Below, piece by piece: positions 48,181 through 61,195 of a DNA stretch of 64,000 nt. The DNA is taken from assembly GCA_020891255.1 (NCBI GenBank), contig BQFW01000008.1, positions 1,240,001 to 1,304,000 on the forward strand, read 5' to 3'. The first letter of the stretch is position 1; every line of letters begins with the position of its first letter. Under the pieces are notes generated by a model, which worked only from the letters and a program-made list of their open reading frames with translations, was not told the origin of the DNA and did no database searches. The stretch comes from Entomortierella parvispora E1425. Lineage: Eukaryota > Fungi > Mortierellomycota. Both the position numbers and the translations under genes were made by a program.

Positions 48181-49099
48181 ATGTCGCGCACAAACATCGA
48201 AGACGAGGAGACTTTCGAGCCCATTTACGCCACTCAGGAAGACTTCAACCCCAGCGACACTGTCAGCTCTTTTCTCTCTAACACTGCATATGATCCCACT
48301 CGGCTTCATCCTTTGGCTGGACTTGGCGGCGGCCTCGATTACCTTAACCTCGAGGATGATGACGGTGGACTGCCCGGAACCCATGGTGGTATTGTTCCCA
48401 GCAGAGGCTGGTCGGATGATATGACGTATGGAACAGGAATGGCCTATATCTCAGGTAAAAAAAAACGAGACAGTTCGAGTCTTGCAAGTCATGGCAAATG
48501 TCGCTGACATGCCAAAGCACAGACTTCTAATCATTTGCCCTCCCTTACTGACCGATCGCCACTTCTCGACTGACAGGATTGAGCTTGGGTGGTGCCTATG
48601 GATTCTACGAAGGTCTTCGCTCATCTCCAAGTCCAGCACTCAAAGTTCGTCTGAACACTGTTTTGAACTCGATGACCCGTCGCGGTCCCTTCATCGGAAA
48701 CTCCGCAGGCGTTTTGGGTAAGGGGAAAACTCACCCAGTTGCTGTCTGACAAGCAAGGCGAAGCGTGGTCTAACAAAAGCATACATAACAATCATCTTTT
48801 GTTAGCCTTGATGTACAACGGAGTCAACGGAGCAATTGGCAAAGCAAGAGGCACATACGATCCTTTCAACTCGGTGGCAGCTGGCGCATTGACTGGTGCC
48901 ATTTTCAAGTCGACTAGTAAGTTTGAATCAGCTGTATCCAATGAGGACACATGGTCATATATTTTTTTCTTTGTTGCTGACAACAAGGACTTTGCCTTCT
49001 TTGAACATTGTAGGCGGTTTGCGCGCAGCAGGATCAGCAGGAGGCGTGTGCGCCGTCCTGGCAGGAATCTGGGCTTTCGGCAAGGAGGCCGTCTTGTAA
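48181..49099 (+). CDS. TIM23: Mitochondrial inner-membrane translocase Tim23
   Basis: RLHPLAGL..GLDYL; PSRGWSDDMTYGTG; RLNTVLNSMTRRGPFIGNSAGVL; NSVAAGALTGAIFKST. Confidence 0.95.
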
Positions 49100-49337
49100 A
49101 ATATCATCAACATCGATAATTATATTCCTTTTTTTTTTTTTTTTTTTTTTTTTCAACCTGTGTCGAATGCTGATGTCTGTGATCTGTTGTATTTAAGCTC
49201 ATTGCTGAGGTCTGAGGAGGACGAGAAATGATCACAGACTCTGAAAGACTTCATTTCATCTCTTCCCCAACCTCGACTGTCTTCTGCAGTCGACTCAGTC
49301 CCGATTCACTATCCTACACCTTCTCTTCTCCAACCAC

Positions 49338-50276
49338 ATGCGGACTTATTCTAAAAAGAATTCTTCCAGAAAGGACAAGCACTCATCGACAAAGACCGAT
49401 AGTCTTAAGATCGGGTCTCTCTTCAGTCCGCCAAAGCGCCAGTTAATGACCACAAAGATCAAGGACTCTTTGTCCAAAAAGGTTCTTGACATGTATCATT
49501 CCAAGAAGAAGCAGACCAGAAGAAAGAAGGTCGATCCGGAGCACATACAGGTGTTTAATAACGCATGCCCTTCACGGTCGTCCACCGCTGCCAAGGATAA
49601 AGCAGGTCCTTTTGATGCAGATTTTGAAAGCATGTTCGAAAAGCCCGTTGTGCGATTGTCCCACATCTCACCCTTGCCATCACCAAGCTTGGCATCAAAG
49701 ACACGAAAGAGAAAACATTCTGCGCCGCTGCCAGCCACTCAACCTCAAGATGAAAGGAGAGAAGATACCGCAGACCATAAGATTCGACCCACATCTCCCC
49801 AAACAGTGTAAGAAGCCTCTAAGATATGGAATGACTTTTATGGCCATCCCTATCTTCCATTTTTGCAACGGCCACCAGCTGCTGAACCTGCTCGAATGAT
49901 CAATAGGCAAAGTGCGAAAGCGACAAGAGAAGAATTGCTTTTGGCATCTGCTCGAGTACTTCCTGTCGAGAGATCTCAAGAGGCGATGGATGAAACGATC
50001 GAGGAATCGCCAGTGGAGCTTGTGTGGCCTTCTTTATCTTCAAGTAAGTTTACCTGTCAAATGAGGTCAGAAGTATCATGCATACAATGAAGGAGATGAA
50101 GTAACGGTGTCAAATCATCGCACATTCACCTCGCAAAATATAGAGAACGCCAAAAGTTCATTGATTCCTTCGAGGACCAGGGGCTTTTGGTGGCGGCAAG
50201 AAAGCGCTCCTCTGGCCCACCTAGAACCAGACACCCTTTTTTCTCGACAGGCGTGATTTGGATGTTCAGACACTGA
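49338..50276 (+). CDS. Hypothetical basic, low-complexity protein (structure uncertain)
   Basis: 157-aa ORF starting MRTYSKK, plus downstream fragments with possible GT-AG introns; the splicing could not be made fully consistent. Confidence 0.3.
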
Positions 50277-50350
50277 CAGAGCAGGAACATATATTTCAAC
50301 AATAAATGGGTGTGTCTGCTTTTGACTGTGGCGATTTCCTGCCCCTTCTT

Positions 50351-51016
50351 TTATTCCCACATTTGCTTGCCACGCTTCTTCAGGGTGACTTTTTCGTGGT
50401 GCTTGTCAATTCTCTTCTCATCCTTTTCAGAGTTCATGAGTCCACGCTCCAGGGTCTTTTCTCTGCGGAGTTTTGCCTTGGTGCTCATGGGCTTCTTCTT
50501 GATGGTCTTTTTAGGCTTGTCGCTGGAAGAGTGTAAAGTGGGTAATTCAGAGTAGTCCAGTAGCGCGTTTGTGTTCCGCGAAAGTGAAGTTTCCAGTACG
50601 TCCAAGTTAATCCCATTTGTTCCGTATTGTCAGTCCATTGGAGAGCCATGAGTATGTTTCGTCGGTGAGTTGGTTTGGGGAGTTGATATGAAGACAAATG
50701 TTTTTTTTTGTTAGAGCTTGAACTTGTTTGTAGGTGCTATTGCTTGAGGCACTTCTTGTTCTTCCACTTACATAGCAACCTGCTTGCGGAGCTTGGCCAA
50801 TTCGAGCTCACGAGCAACCTTCTCCTTCATTGACTCTGGCTCTATGAGGCATTGAAAAAACATGGAGCAAAGATCAAAGGAAAGGGCACGGGAAAGGAGG
50901 TATCAGTACCCAGGCTTAATGTCCGAAGAAAGCCAATAATTGGGTTATGGCAAAGGATACCAAACAACACTAACCATCCTGTCCAGGAGCAACCTTCCTC
51001 TTGTTGTGAGGGGCAT
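50351..51016 (-). CDS. Small basic protein, possibly Alb1/Ecm1-like; splice signals look irregular
   Basis: C-terminus STKAKLRREKTLERGLMNSEKDEKRIDKHHEKVTLKKRGKQMWE*; two GT donors; ATG-frame and acceptor anomalies. Confidence 0.35.
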
Positions 51017-51286
51017 ATTTAGTCTGGTGGATATCTATGAGGGGCGAGACGTGTTCACATGCATCAGATTCCTGTTTATTTTCGCATCATACGTTTTCCA
51101 TGTTCCTTCATTTCCAGTCATTTCATTCCCAGTCGCCATTACTTGGTCGTGATTTTCCCATGGTTTTATATGTTAAGGCTGGATTATGAACAAAGAGGGT
51201 ATCGAATGAAGAGTGGTGGCAACTTGGAGAGGAGAGGAGGACAAAAAAAAAAAAGTTGGTTGTTGTTGCCCTCAATGATATGGCAG

Positions 51287-54200
51287 TCACAGAATTGCTG
51301 GCTGAACGCGAACACGCTTGGGCGAAATCATCACCACCATATCATCCTCATTCTCCTCCTCGTATTCATCGTCGTCCTCAGGATGCTCATACCGCCGGAA
51401 TGCAGGGGAGGACGAGCCCAAACGGTGCTTAAGGGATTGGCGCCGCTTGGAGGGTGTGCCTACGCCCGAGGAACGTCGGCTGGAGGGGGTCGAGGCCAAA
51501 TCCAGCTTTGCCTCATCCACAAACACTGCGTCATCGGCTCCACCATAGATAGCTCGATCGCCAGACTCGTCCTCATTGGCGTCTTCTTGATCAAGCATCT
51601 CCATCTGCTCAAAGGACTGCTCGTTTTCCATAGAATCCTCTGATCCGCCCTCACCCAAAAGTCGCAGCAGCTCTGCTTGCTCAGCATCCTCTTTCGACAC
51701 AGAGGGCAGTTGACCAGCGCTGGCATTGGACAGCGGTTCATTCTCCTTGTCCGATGAATCAGAGGCCGCTATCATCTCGGACGGTTGTCTTCCGCCAAAT
51801 CCTAATACCTTGGATGCCACTTGCTTGAATTCGGTCAAGGAAATGGTTCTCCGCCGGTTCGTACCACCCGAGACCTTCTCCATGTCGCTGCCGATCTGTC
51901 GATTTTCGTCACTGTGGCTCTGACTGCGAACGACCATAGTTCTCCTTTGCGGAAATATGTCCGAGCGTCTACCTCTAGCCCTGATCTGTTCCAGAGTGCG
52001 TGTCGACTGAAACATGGATTCTTGGGACCTTACGAAAGCAAAGTCCTTGGACTTGGGCGAGGGCTCTCGTCCACCGACAAGAATCTCAAGAGCATCTTGG
52101 TGCGTTGTCTGCCTTCTTGGAGTAGTTACAGAATCATCAGTCTTCTCTGCTACTTGAAGTTCGGATTCAATCTCTGCTTCCTCTACTTGCATGACCAAAG
52201 TATCTTGTTGCGGGTCGGATGGCTTCTCCAGGGTTTGAACTTCCAGGTTCACAACCAGATCTTCCCTCTTCTCCTCCAGCGGGGCAGACTCCATCAGCCC
52301 TGAGTTGGTAATATCCTTTGTGGGCGTGCGTACATAGTTTCTAAAGCCTGCAAAGCTCGCAAAGCCAAACTCCACAACTTTCTGCGGTGTCCTAAAGACA
52401 CTGCGAAGGCCAGTAAAGATGGGACTTTGGCTGCGATCCATAGGGGCGCTCGCGGGAGCACTGAGACGCCTATTTGGCATACTGGTGGATGAGAAAATCG
52501 AAAGATGACGTGTGTTTGGTGGGGATGGTGTTCGCATTAATTGGTCTCTGGAATCTTCAGCCTCTCTTGTATCCATAGCAGCATCGTTCGTCGTCGCTTC
52601 ATCGTTGGTGCCATCTACGCCTTCATCTTGGGCCATAAACTCTTCCTCACGGTCTGCGCTAGTCAGCTGCCCTGATTCTGTATTCCATTCATCCCGGTCT
52701 GCTAGTCCAGACGCTGAAAGGTTGGCAGGCGCACTAGGAGCAACGTCTGAAGACACTTGGAGCAAATCTGGTAGTCCCTGGAGTTTTTGGGCAGAAAGTT
52801 GGAGAAGCGCGAGCCTTGAAGCAGAGCCAGGCGTTCTGATAGTTTCCTGATGATTGATATCTCCCTCAGAACGTCGGATAGGAGTATGTACATGACGTTC
52901 TGTGCTCATAGCTGATGGAGAGGGTGATGAGGGTGGTGATGCTGAAGAGCTGCTGAGAGGAGACAGCATTTCAGGATCTTGCAGAAGGTCCTCCTCCTCC
53001 TCCATAAAGGGGTTGTTGTCGTCAAAGGGTGTGGACGTGGACTGGATGTTGAGCACACTTTCGTCATTGGTGTCCTGATATGAAGGTCCGCGTGCTTGTC
53101 CGATCGGCGTAAATCTGAGGTGGTCTGATAATTCCTCCCGAGGTGGGCGCGTAGGAGTGACTGGAGGACTTTCATCTGTATCGTCGGGGCCCAGATCTGA
53201 TGAAAGAATTGCCGTCAGGCTATCCAAAGCTCTAGAGTCCGCATCATCCCCAAATGACTCCTGCATGGCCACGAGCTTTTTCCATCTTCCATCATCAGGA
53301 CTCGAACTGCCAGCCTCCTGGTTATCACTTTTCACATCGTTGCAATCAGAGAAGGGATCTTCCATTTCCTCCCTGGGACTTGCAGCTTCGTTGTCGTAAA
53401 GTGCCTGTGGAGGCTCGACAGGTTGGAGTACTTCCGGTGCCTTTTCAGTTTGCGGGGGATCGTAATCATCATCCATATTCGCCAGAGCACGAAGACTGAG
53501 AGGCTTGGGTTTGGTGATGTTGTGCGTCAATCCTGTTCGCAGCCTTGACGGCGTCAGGATGGGTTTGGAAACAGACCCCACTGATTGTAGCCTTGAAAGG
53601 AGTGTAGGAGTCGATACCCCATTACGTCTTGGAGTATCGGGATCTTGCTGTTGTCCACGCTTTACTGGGGTACTGGGTGGATTCGACTTGTCAAAGACCT
53701 CTGGACTAAGTGCTGGTCCGAAAGAGACTTTTTTTGGAGTTCTGCCTGCGCATGGTGACATGTCCTCTGTTGCCTTTCTTTTGTCTCTTGTTGGGGTTGT
53801 CATACCCCTTTCCGAAAGTCTGTCCAGTGGCTGCTCCGATTCTGGACTTGGGTTCAGGATGGAGGGTTCATCCACCATGACATAGGTCTTTCTTGGCGTA
53901 GTCGACTTTTGTGGCGTAGTTGATTTCAATGGCTGTGTCAGGAATGCTGGAAGGGGCACTGGCTTTGGCGAAACAAGCAGGCTGGAGAGTTTGGCGGCGC
54001 GATTTGGGGTAAAGAGTCCCAAAGACGATTCGAGTTCTGCTGCTGAACGAGCCGTGTTTCTCCTTGGAGTGGTCAGTATCCGCGATTCGGGCTTTGGTGA
54101 AGATGTCCTGGCAAGACTGAAGAGTTCTTTGTCGACACTGGCTTGAATAGCCCGGATATCTTTTCCTGGTGTGTTGGGGACAGTCGTCGAGCTTGGCTAT

Positions 54201-55152
54201 TGTTTCAATCAAGTTGTGGATGTCGCAGTCAGCATAAAACAACACCCCAAAAAAGCCTCTATGGGGCAGGCTGCATGTCATCCCAAGTGCAAAATCTCGA
54301 ATAACGTACTGCAACCACTTCGAATCTAAACTTGCGTCCAGCAATCGTCAAGACATCGTAATGAAAAATAATCCGCGCCGTGTTGTGAAGGAGTACATCG
54401 TTCAGCAGCGTTCCGTCGCTTGACGTGTCTTTGAGCCAAACCTAGTCCACAATGAGATGAGAAGTATTTCGCAAGGTTAGTCCAACCATTCCTCTGTTAT
54501 GCTCTTAACGATGTTCCTTCTCACGATGCTACGACATAATCCAGAGACTAACCTCGCCATCGTCCCGTCTAATAAGTTTGCAGTGCAAGTCCGAGACCGC
54601 GTCGATTTGGACACGAATGTCATTCGTATCGTTCCGTCCAAAGGAACAATACGACTTGTCGATGGGGTACCGATAGTATTCGCTCTCGTCCTGTTTCTTC
54701 AGACCCACGATGTGACCCCAGACCCCCGTCTTGATTTTCGTCTTTTTAGGGGTGTTGGGAGGCATAAGTCGAGTCCTTGTTGGGGTTCGCTGCGTGGGGC
54801 TATTTCCGCTGCCGGGAGTTCCATTCTGTCGGTAGAGGCTGCTGAGTCGAGCTGATTTCCTCGAGGACGGACTGTGGTCCAGGGGAGAGTCTGGCTGCAC
54901 TGGCGTCGACTGCAACCCCGCGGAGGAAGGCGAATCATTAAAAGGGTTGGGCAGACCATGTTCTTGTGCCTGCGGTTGTGATTGTGGTTCTGATTGAGTC
55001 TGAGATCGAGGCGGTGAAGTTGAGGACGAGGACGCGCCTTTGCTGGTAGTTGCGGAGGTATGGAACGACTTTATGGTTGCGCCAAAAGGAGAGGCTTGCA
55101 GTGCGCTTTTGCGCAAGAGTCGCCGCCCTGGACTCTTTGGGGTGTCTGCCAT
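51287..55152 (-). CDS. Ki-67-like protein: FHA domain, PP1-docking motif, FxTP repeats, large disordered region (3 exons, 1,213-aa model)
   Basis: Exons 55152-54553, 54441-54310 and 54196-51287 join in frame. FHA: CSFGRNDTNDIRVQIDAVSDLHC...LKDTSSDGTLLND. PP1 motif: KKVSFGPALSPEVFDKSNPPSTPVKRG. Repeats: FTGLRSVFRTP and FAGFRNYVRTP. Confidence 0.75.
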
Positions 55153-56261
55153 TGAGAGAAGAGAAGATATTCCTGCTCAGATGATTTGATTGATGAATGG
55201 AAGCAAGGGCTGAGGGGAAACAGGCAGGGAGAGGGAGAGAAGGAGGGGGAGAGAACGGAGGACGGTGATGAATGAGAAGACAGAGGAAAGAATGAATCAG
55301 AGAAGGGGGAAGGGGAATGAAGAGAGAGAGAAAAGAAAAGCAAAGAGGAAGATGACGCGCTCTTTGTTTGTGTGTTTGTGTGTGTTTGGATGTGGATGCT
55401 TCCAAGTGACCTGGGAGAATGCAAAAAGGACTGTGTTCTGTGCCTGTGTTCTGCGGTGTGTCTCTGACGCGTGCTTTTTTTTTTTTTGCTTTCCCGTCTT
55501 TCCTTCTCTCACGCTGACTCCCAGCCTGCCTTTGTTGTTGCTGTTGTTGTTGTTGCTGTTGTTGTTTTGCTGCGGGAATTGCTTGGGTCCATGCATTATT
55601 GTCCCGCATCCATAATCGCAATCACTCGAAATAAAACAAATGGATTCTCATTCGCGTTCGGATCTCTGGGGCTCTCTGCGGTCTTTTATCGTTTCTTTGG
55701 GGTTTAGGTTAAGGTCCCTGGCGAGAAGGGTCTGACACGGTCCATGCCAAACTCGGTTGTCTGAAGTACCTTCGGACAGATGTCAAGGCCATCCATCCTG
55801 CTCCAAGAACAGGTCGATTTACACTCCTTCGCAGGCAGCATCGAACCACAATATTACTGTTTGTTCTTAGTTTCCGACACGGGCAACCCAATTGCTTTGT
55901 TATTTGTATTCGCATACATTTTGGGTTGCGCTCCAATATTGAGGAACAAGGAGCCCACTTAGCGAATTGAATGAAATAAACCAAGCAGGGTGGCCTCCTC
56001 AGCCTGTCAACTTCAAATGACTGGTAGCTGTCCCGTGAAGATCGTCGAAACTCTGGACCCTTCTCATCTCGGGCCACCAAACGCGCTCCCGGACACCTTT
56101 TATCTGTCTGGCTCTTAATGTTTGCAATATCGATACAAGTTCCTCTCCCAACACATGCCATGAAGATGACCCCATGCCACCAAACTTGTTCTATGCATTT
56201 TGTTTTCCGCTGCCTTATTTAATAATTATTTGCGAAAATTGTGATTACTGTACAAAATGTT

Positions 56262-59200
56262 CTACAACACAGAAAGGCCTTCGACAAGTCCATGGCGAAT
56301 CCAGACTAGCACCAGGAGCACAACTGCGGCCTGCAGCAGTGTGCCCTTGAGATCTGCCATAAAGAGCTCGACTGCACCGCCCCAAACCGCTGCGTGATCC
56401 TGCTCATGATCAATTTCCAACCCCATCCATGCCTCCTTGGCCAAGACCACAGGAGTGACAATAATCTCTGGCAACTTTGGCTCCTCTTTCTTCTCAATAT
56501 CGTTGGATGATTCCTCCGCAACTTCGGCCAAAGCCTCCACAAATTCACCTTCGTCGCTGTCATAGCCTTCCTCCTCAACAGTCTCCTCTGAGGAGGCAGT
56601 CGACGACCCTTCGATGATTGCTGGGATCGGTTCTGGGATATCGGTCTCCTGGACACTAGCCGTCGACTCTTCCACAGGGCTATCGACTTCGGAGGCCGCC
56701 ATGGCGGCATCAGCTGCAGAGTCGGCCTCATTGGCAGCCTTGACGGCCGCCGCGGCCGCAGCATTTGACTTTTTGGATTGTTTCTTGGGCTTTTTGCTCA
56801 TTGGGGGCTTGTCCGAATTGTCAATCACATCGGGCGAGAAAGTGACCCGTCGAGGCACAGCTGGCAAGGAAGAGGTTCTTTTTGGGGGGGATGGCATCGC
56901 TGACAGGACTTGCTCCATGGTTTCCAGAGAGAGTCCAGATTTCCGGTATCGACTTGGAAGTGGAGACGTCATGGGCGAGCTCATTTCAGCCAAAGAAGGG
57001 ACAGTGATAGAGGCAAATGAATCTTGCTCCTCTTTCAATTGCGCTTCCTTCTTCTTCTCCTTTTCCTCGTCCTCCTTGGCCTGCAGCTCCTGTTGTTCTT
57101 GCTTGATGGCAGCCTCCATGTCCCGGATGACGGCCATGCTTGCAATCAGGTTGGAGACAGAGACATTCGCAGGAGAGTCTGAAGAAGGTTTGCATGATGG
57201 GATATCAGCTGCAGGCTGCAGGATTGAAGCGGCGAGAACGGGTTGCTGCGTCAGCTGGAGGTCCGTTGTCGCGGCGCTAGAGGCTTTGGGTGACTCGGAG
57301 AGAAGAGAGAGCTCACTAGGTACCGATTCGATAGGAGCAACAGGAGCAACAGGGTGTGGTACATGGAATGGTCCAAGTGTTGGGCTGCCAAGAGGCGTTG
57401 TCGATTCGGGTAAAGAGGCGGTTTCAAGAGTCGGAGATTCTGTGGTCAAAGACGGTTCTTGACTGCATTCGGACTGCAGACGTGGAACCTGGGGAAGGAC
57501 GGGAAGGATGGGAAGAGGAGGCGCGTCCGAGGGAGAGAGATAAGGCAAGATCGGAATAGAGTATCGGCTGAGAGAACTTGAACGGCGTGGGAGAGGTGGT
57601 GGGGGAGCGCCTGTGGGCAGACTCACCAGACTGCGTGGAACGCGACTCCTAGAGCGACTCCTCTCGGACTCCGGCGAGTCCTTGGGATCCATTGAAGCCT
57701 GTGAGTGATCGGCAGGACGGTCAGAAGAAGAGGCAATGAGATTAGGGTCAAAGGCACTCAAGGTCGTGTAGCTGGCACTTCTCCTCTTGCGACCGATGGC
57801 AGAGGGGGCCTCATGCGGTCGCAGGTCAGATCCGTCGCCAGCCTCTGCAGAGGAACCATCATCTACCTGCTCTTTGCTGTGATCATTACTCTTTAGGTGA
57901 CTAGGAGACTTTCGCAGAGACGGTCCTCCATAGGCGGCCACGGATCCATCGCTGACGCGCGTGTTGTCTCGGGTACGTCTTGGTGTATCGCGCTTAGGGG
58001 GTTCATCTCGGTCAGTGTCGTCCTCGCGGGTACCCTGCTGCTCGTTTTGTCTAGCTTCCGATCCAGCAGGGTTCTGGCCTTTTCGTGTTACTTGCGCCAC
58101 GATGCTCTGGCCCTCATGATCAAGGGTAGTCCAGACACGAACACCTCCGAAATCGGGTGCCAATTCAACCCTCACTGTGGGATCGTCTGGCTTGATAAAG
58201 AAATCATAACCATCCTTGTACACCTTTCTGCCAACCCTGACCTCAGTCCATCCCGGTGCAGCCTTATAACACAACTCGTAGAATCCTGTCTTGGGCTCAA
58301 AAGTATCCAAGAGTCTGGTTCCAGAGATGTGAGAGGCGTAGGGTGGGTATCCGGTTTTGTTGATGAACTGGTTCAGGCGAGAGACTGCAGTCATCATGCT
58401 GGAGGTCATTGATTTGACCACGGATGTTGGGAGGGTGCCACGAATATCAATCTGAATCACAAATGTGACACTGACCGAGACCGTGTTGCCGTGGTTGTCG
58501 AAGGTGGGCCGCAGAGACCAGCCAGAGAGCTCGAGCATGGCACGAATACGGCCAGGGTCCTCTGGGATGGTTGGGTCCAGAACAGATGTTGACACGTTGC
58601 ACAGAGCGGATGTTTGAGGGTCGCGGTCAATAATGGTTACTCCTGCCAAGTCACGCCCACTATTTGATTATCGACAAGAGAGTATTCCCAATGAGTGCCG
58701 GAAAACAGTTGCAACAGATCCCTAGTACCTTTTCAATTGAAAAATAGTAAGTCGGCGTTTTCTGTTAAACTTACGTGAGTGATCCAATGCCTCGCAGAGT
58801 GACATGGAAGAGATATTCATTCGAGTTAAAGGTCTCTGCAATAGAGAGATTTTCGAATCTTTCGTCCCAAATCTGACGACAACCCGAGGACTCGATCACA
58901 GCATTGATCTGTTCCACAGTCCATCCTCCTGTAATGACACCCTCTCCACGAAGCATGGGAAGTCCTGCTCCAGAAATGATGCGACTGTAACATTTGAAGG
59001 TGCCCTCTGTGGAAACGGCTCTCCATCTATCCTCTGGGCTCGAGGCGAGAACCTTGAACATAGCCAGTGCCTTTCTTGCTGTCTCTGAATGGCGGTGAGG
59101 CAATGGAACAGAGGAGCTAAGAAGCGTCGAGGAGCGACTAGAGTCCAGGCTTGGTGCGGTCGAGTTTCGTTTTGCTGCAATGTTGGAAGGAGCGATGGTC

Positions 59201-61195
59201 AGGGATGCCCGACCAAGTCCCTGGAGAGTGAGATTGGAGTTCCCTCGGAGAGGGATGATATGGCTATGACGCGGAGCAAAAGACGAGCTGCGTCCGATCA
59301 GAGAGCTGTGTCGGCGTGCTTCCATAATGGCCGAGGGCGACTGCATTCCAAAAGCTGCGAATGCCATTGAGCTTGGCCTCGAGGCTAGTGATGTGTCGAC
59401 AGCTGCGTGGACTTTAGGTACTCTTGGAACAACCTTGACTTTTGGTGTCAATGACGCGTCGGAATCCGAAGCCGTGTCCTTTCCATCGATGGATGTTGTA
59501 GGCGTAAGGGGAGGAGTAGCGAGGGTAACGGCGGGTGGGATGGCTGTCCGTTCTGGAGTTGAGGGCTGAGCTACTCTGGAAGGCTGTCGTGGCTTTGAGT
59601 CTGTTTTTGTCGGAGCGGGCTGCACCTGAGAGTTTTTGTAGGTGGATTGCCTACTCCTAGGCTCTGGCTCTGAAGGTAGTGTCTTTGCTGCCTGAGGTGG
59701 TATGGGTCGAGAACGTTCTTGTTGCCGCAGGGGCGTCTGGATTTCCTGCTGAGCCGACGCCCTAGAGTCTGTCGATTGCTGTCCGTCCTGCCGCCTTAAC
59801 GTTCCCTCGTAAAGACCTCCTTTGCCAAACAGTAGGGAGTCGCCAAAAAGCGCAGTGTCACCGAGACGAGCATTCTTTTCCAAGAATTCCGGTGTAAAGA
59901 TTGATCGAGTAGACATTAAACTTGGTGCCAATGACGTTTGCGAGTTGCGAGCAGTCGATCCTTCTGTGACCGATGCCATTGCCAGCTGAAAGTCGTCGTC
60001 GCCCAAATCGTCCTTTTCATCCAGTTGCTCCATCCCGTCCGGCAGGATGGGGCCGATGGGGGACAAGAACGCCGAACCAGACTGGAGAGGCTCTTCTGCT
60101 TCTCGAGATGAGAATGAAAACTTGTCCGGCTTCAATGGTTCACTCAAACTTCTGTGGCGATTGGTTGTTTGAGATACAAGATTCGACATGACCATCGGAA
60201 CGCCATTCTTCTTCAAGTGTGTTTCAATTGTCGTGATGACCAGGGGCCTCTTTGCAAGAGCACGCCGAGCAATGAACTTTGGAAGTCGACTCAGTAGATC
60301 GGTTTGAATCACATATGTGATCTTGGTAATAGGGGGGTTCGATGGCAGAGGCTGGATGATCCAGCCCGCAACAAAGATATCGGCGCGTACTTTGCCCGAT
60401 ATTCGTGGAATTTTACTGGATTCCACAGAACACGAGGCAAAGTATATTGTTCCATCGCGTTCAACCTCTATCCGCTCCACCATTGATATGTCCCTCGTTC
60501 TAAAATTGGGCAGAAACCGGGTTGTGGTAAGTATTGGCCAATATATCAGTGGTGTCACAATGAAATGCGCGACTTACTTTGAGGATAGTGTTCCTTTCAT
60601 CACCATGTACATCAGGTTGGTGGCATCGTCATAGGATTCTACACAGCTCAGTTCATCATACCAGTCGCTGGAAAGGGATACAGTTAAAAGAAAAAGCTGT
60701 CAATACGTGGAGTTCAAATCATCTTTTTGGATCATGACGATCATGACAAAAGACTTACTCCCAAAGTTTCCGAACACCAACGACGGAAAAGACATCTTGA
60801 GCCCTATACCCGCGAAGTACATGCTCGCCTTTGAATGCTGGGTGCTTGTCGCTACTATTTGTTGATTGGTAGACGAGACATCCAGACTTGTGCTTGAGCA
60901 CCTTTTTCCACCCCGTTGGTTTTGAGGCTGCTTTAAGTAAATGAATGGCCTGTGTTGCTTGCTCGATGTGGTATTCCTTGGTGCTTTTCCGGGGATCCGG
61001 TGTATAGAATTGTGACCTCCGCTGCCTCTCTGCAGAGTCTGATTCATCGCCGCTGGGGGCCAGGTCGAAACCTGATGAGAGGTGTCCTTGACTGAGGTTG
61101 TACATGCCCTTGTGAGCGGTGTTGCGGTGGTGTTGCTCTGTCCACTCTAGGTTTTCGTCTCCGAGGATCAGTTCCGATCGATGCGACTCCTTCAT
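56262..61195 (-). CDS. Multi-exon protein with two START/lipid-binding domains and a C-terminal hydrophobic segment
   Basis: START motifs WKKVLKHKSG..AFKGEH..VRKLW; VRADIFVAGWIIQP..TKITYVIQTDL; second domain IWDERFEN...RAMLELSGW..VTFVIQIDIRGTLP. Confidence 0.85.

Noticed and set aside
50600-51016. Non-canonical splicing or start in the small Alb1-like gene (exon 1 ATG one base out of frame; TGG where a TAG acceptor is expected)
   Set aside because: Equally explained by sequencing error or a wrong gene model; cannot be resolved without reads or transcripts.
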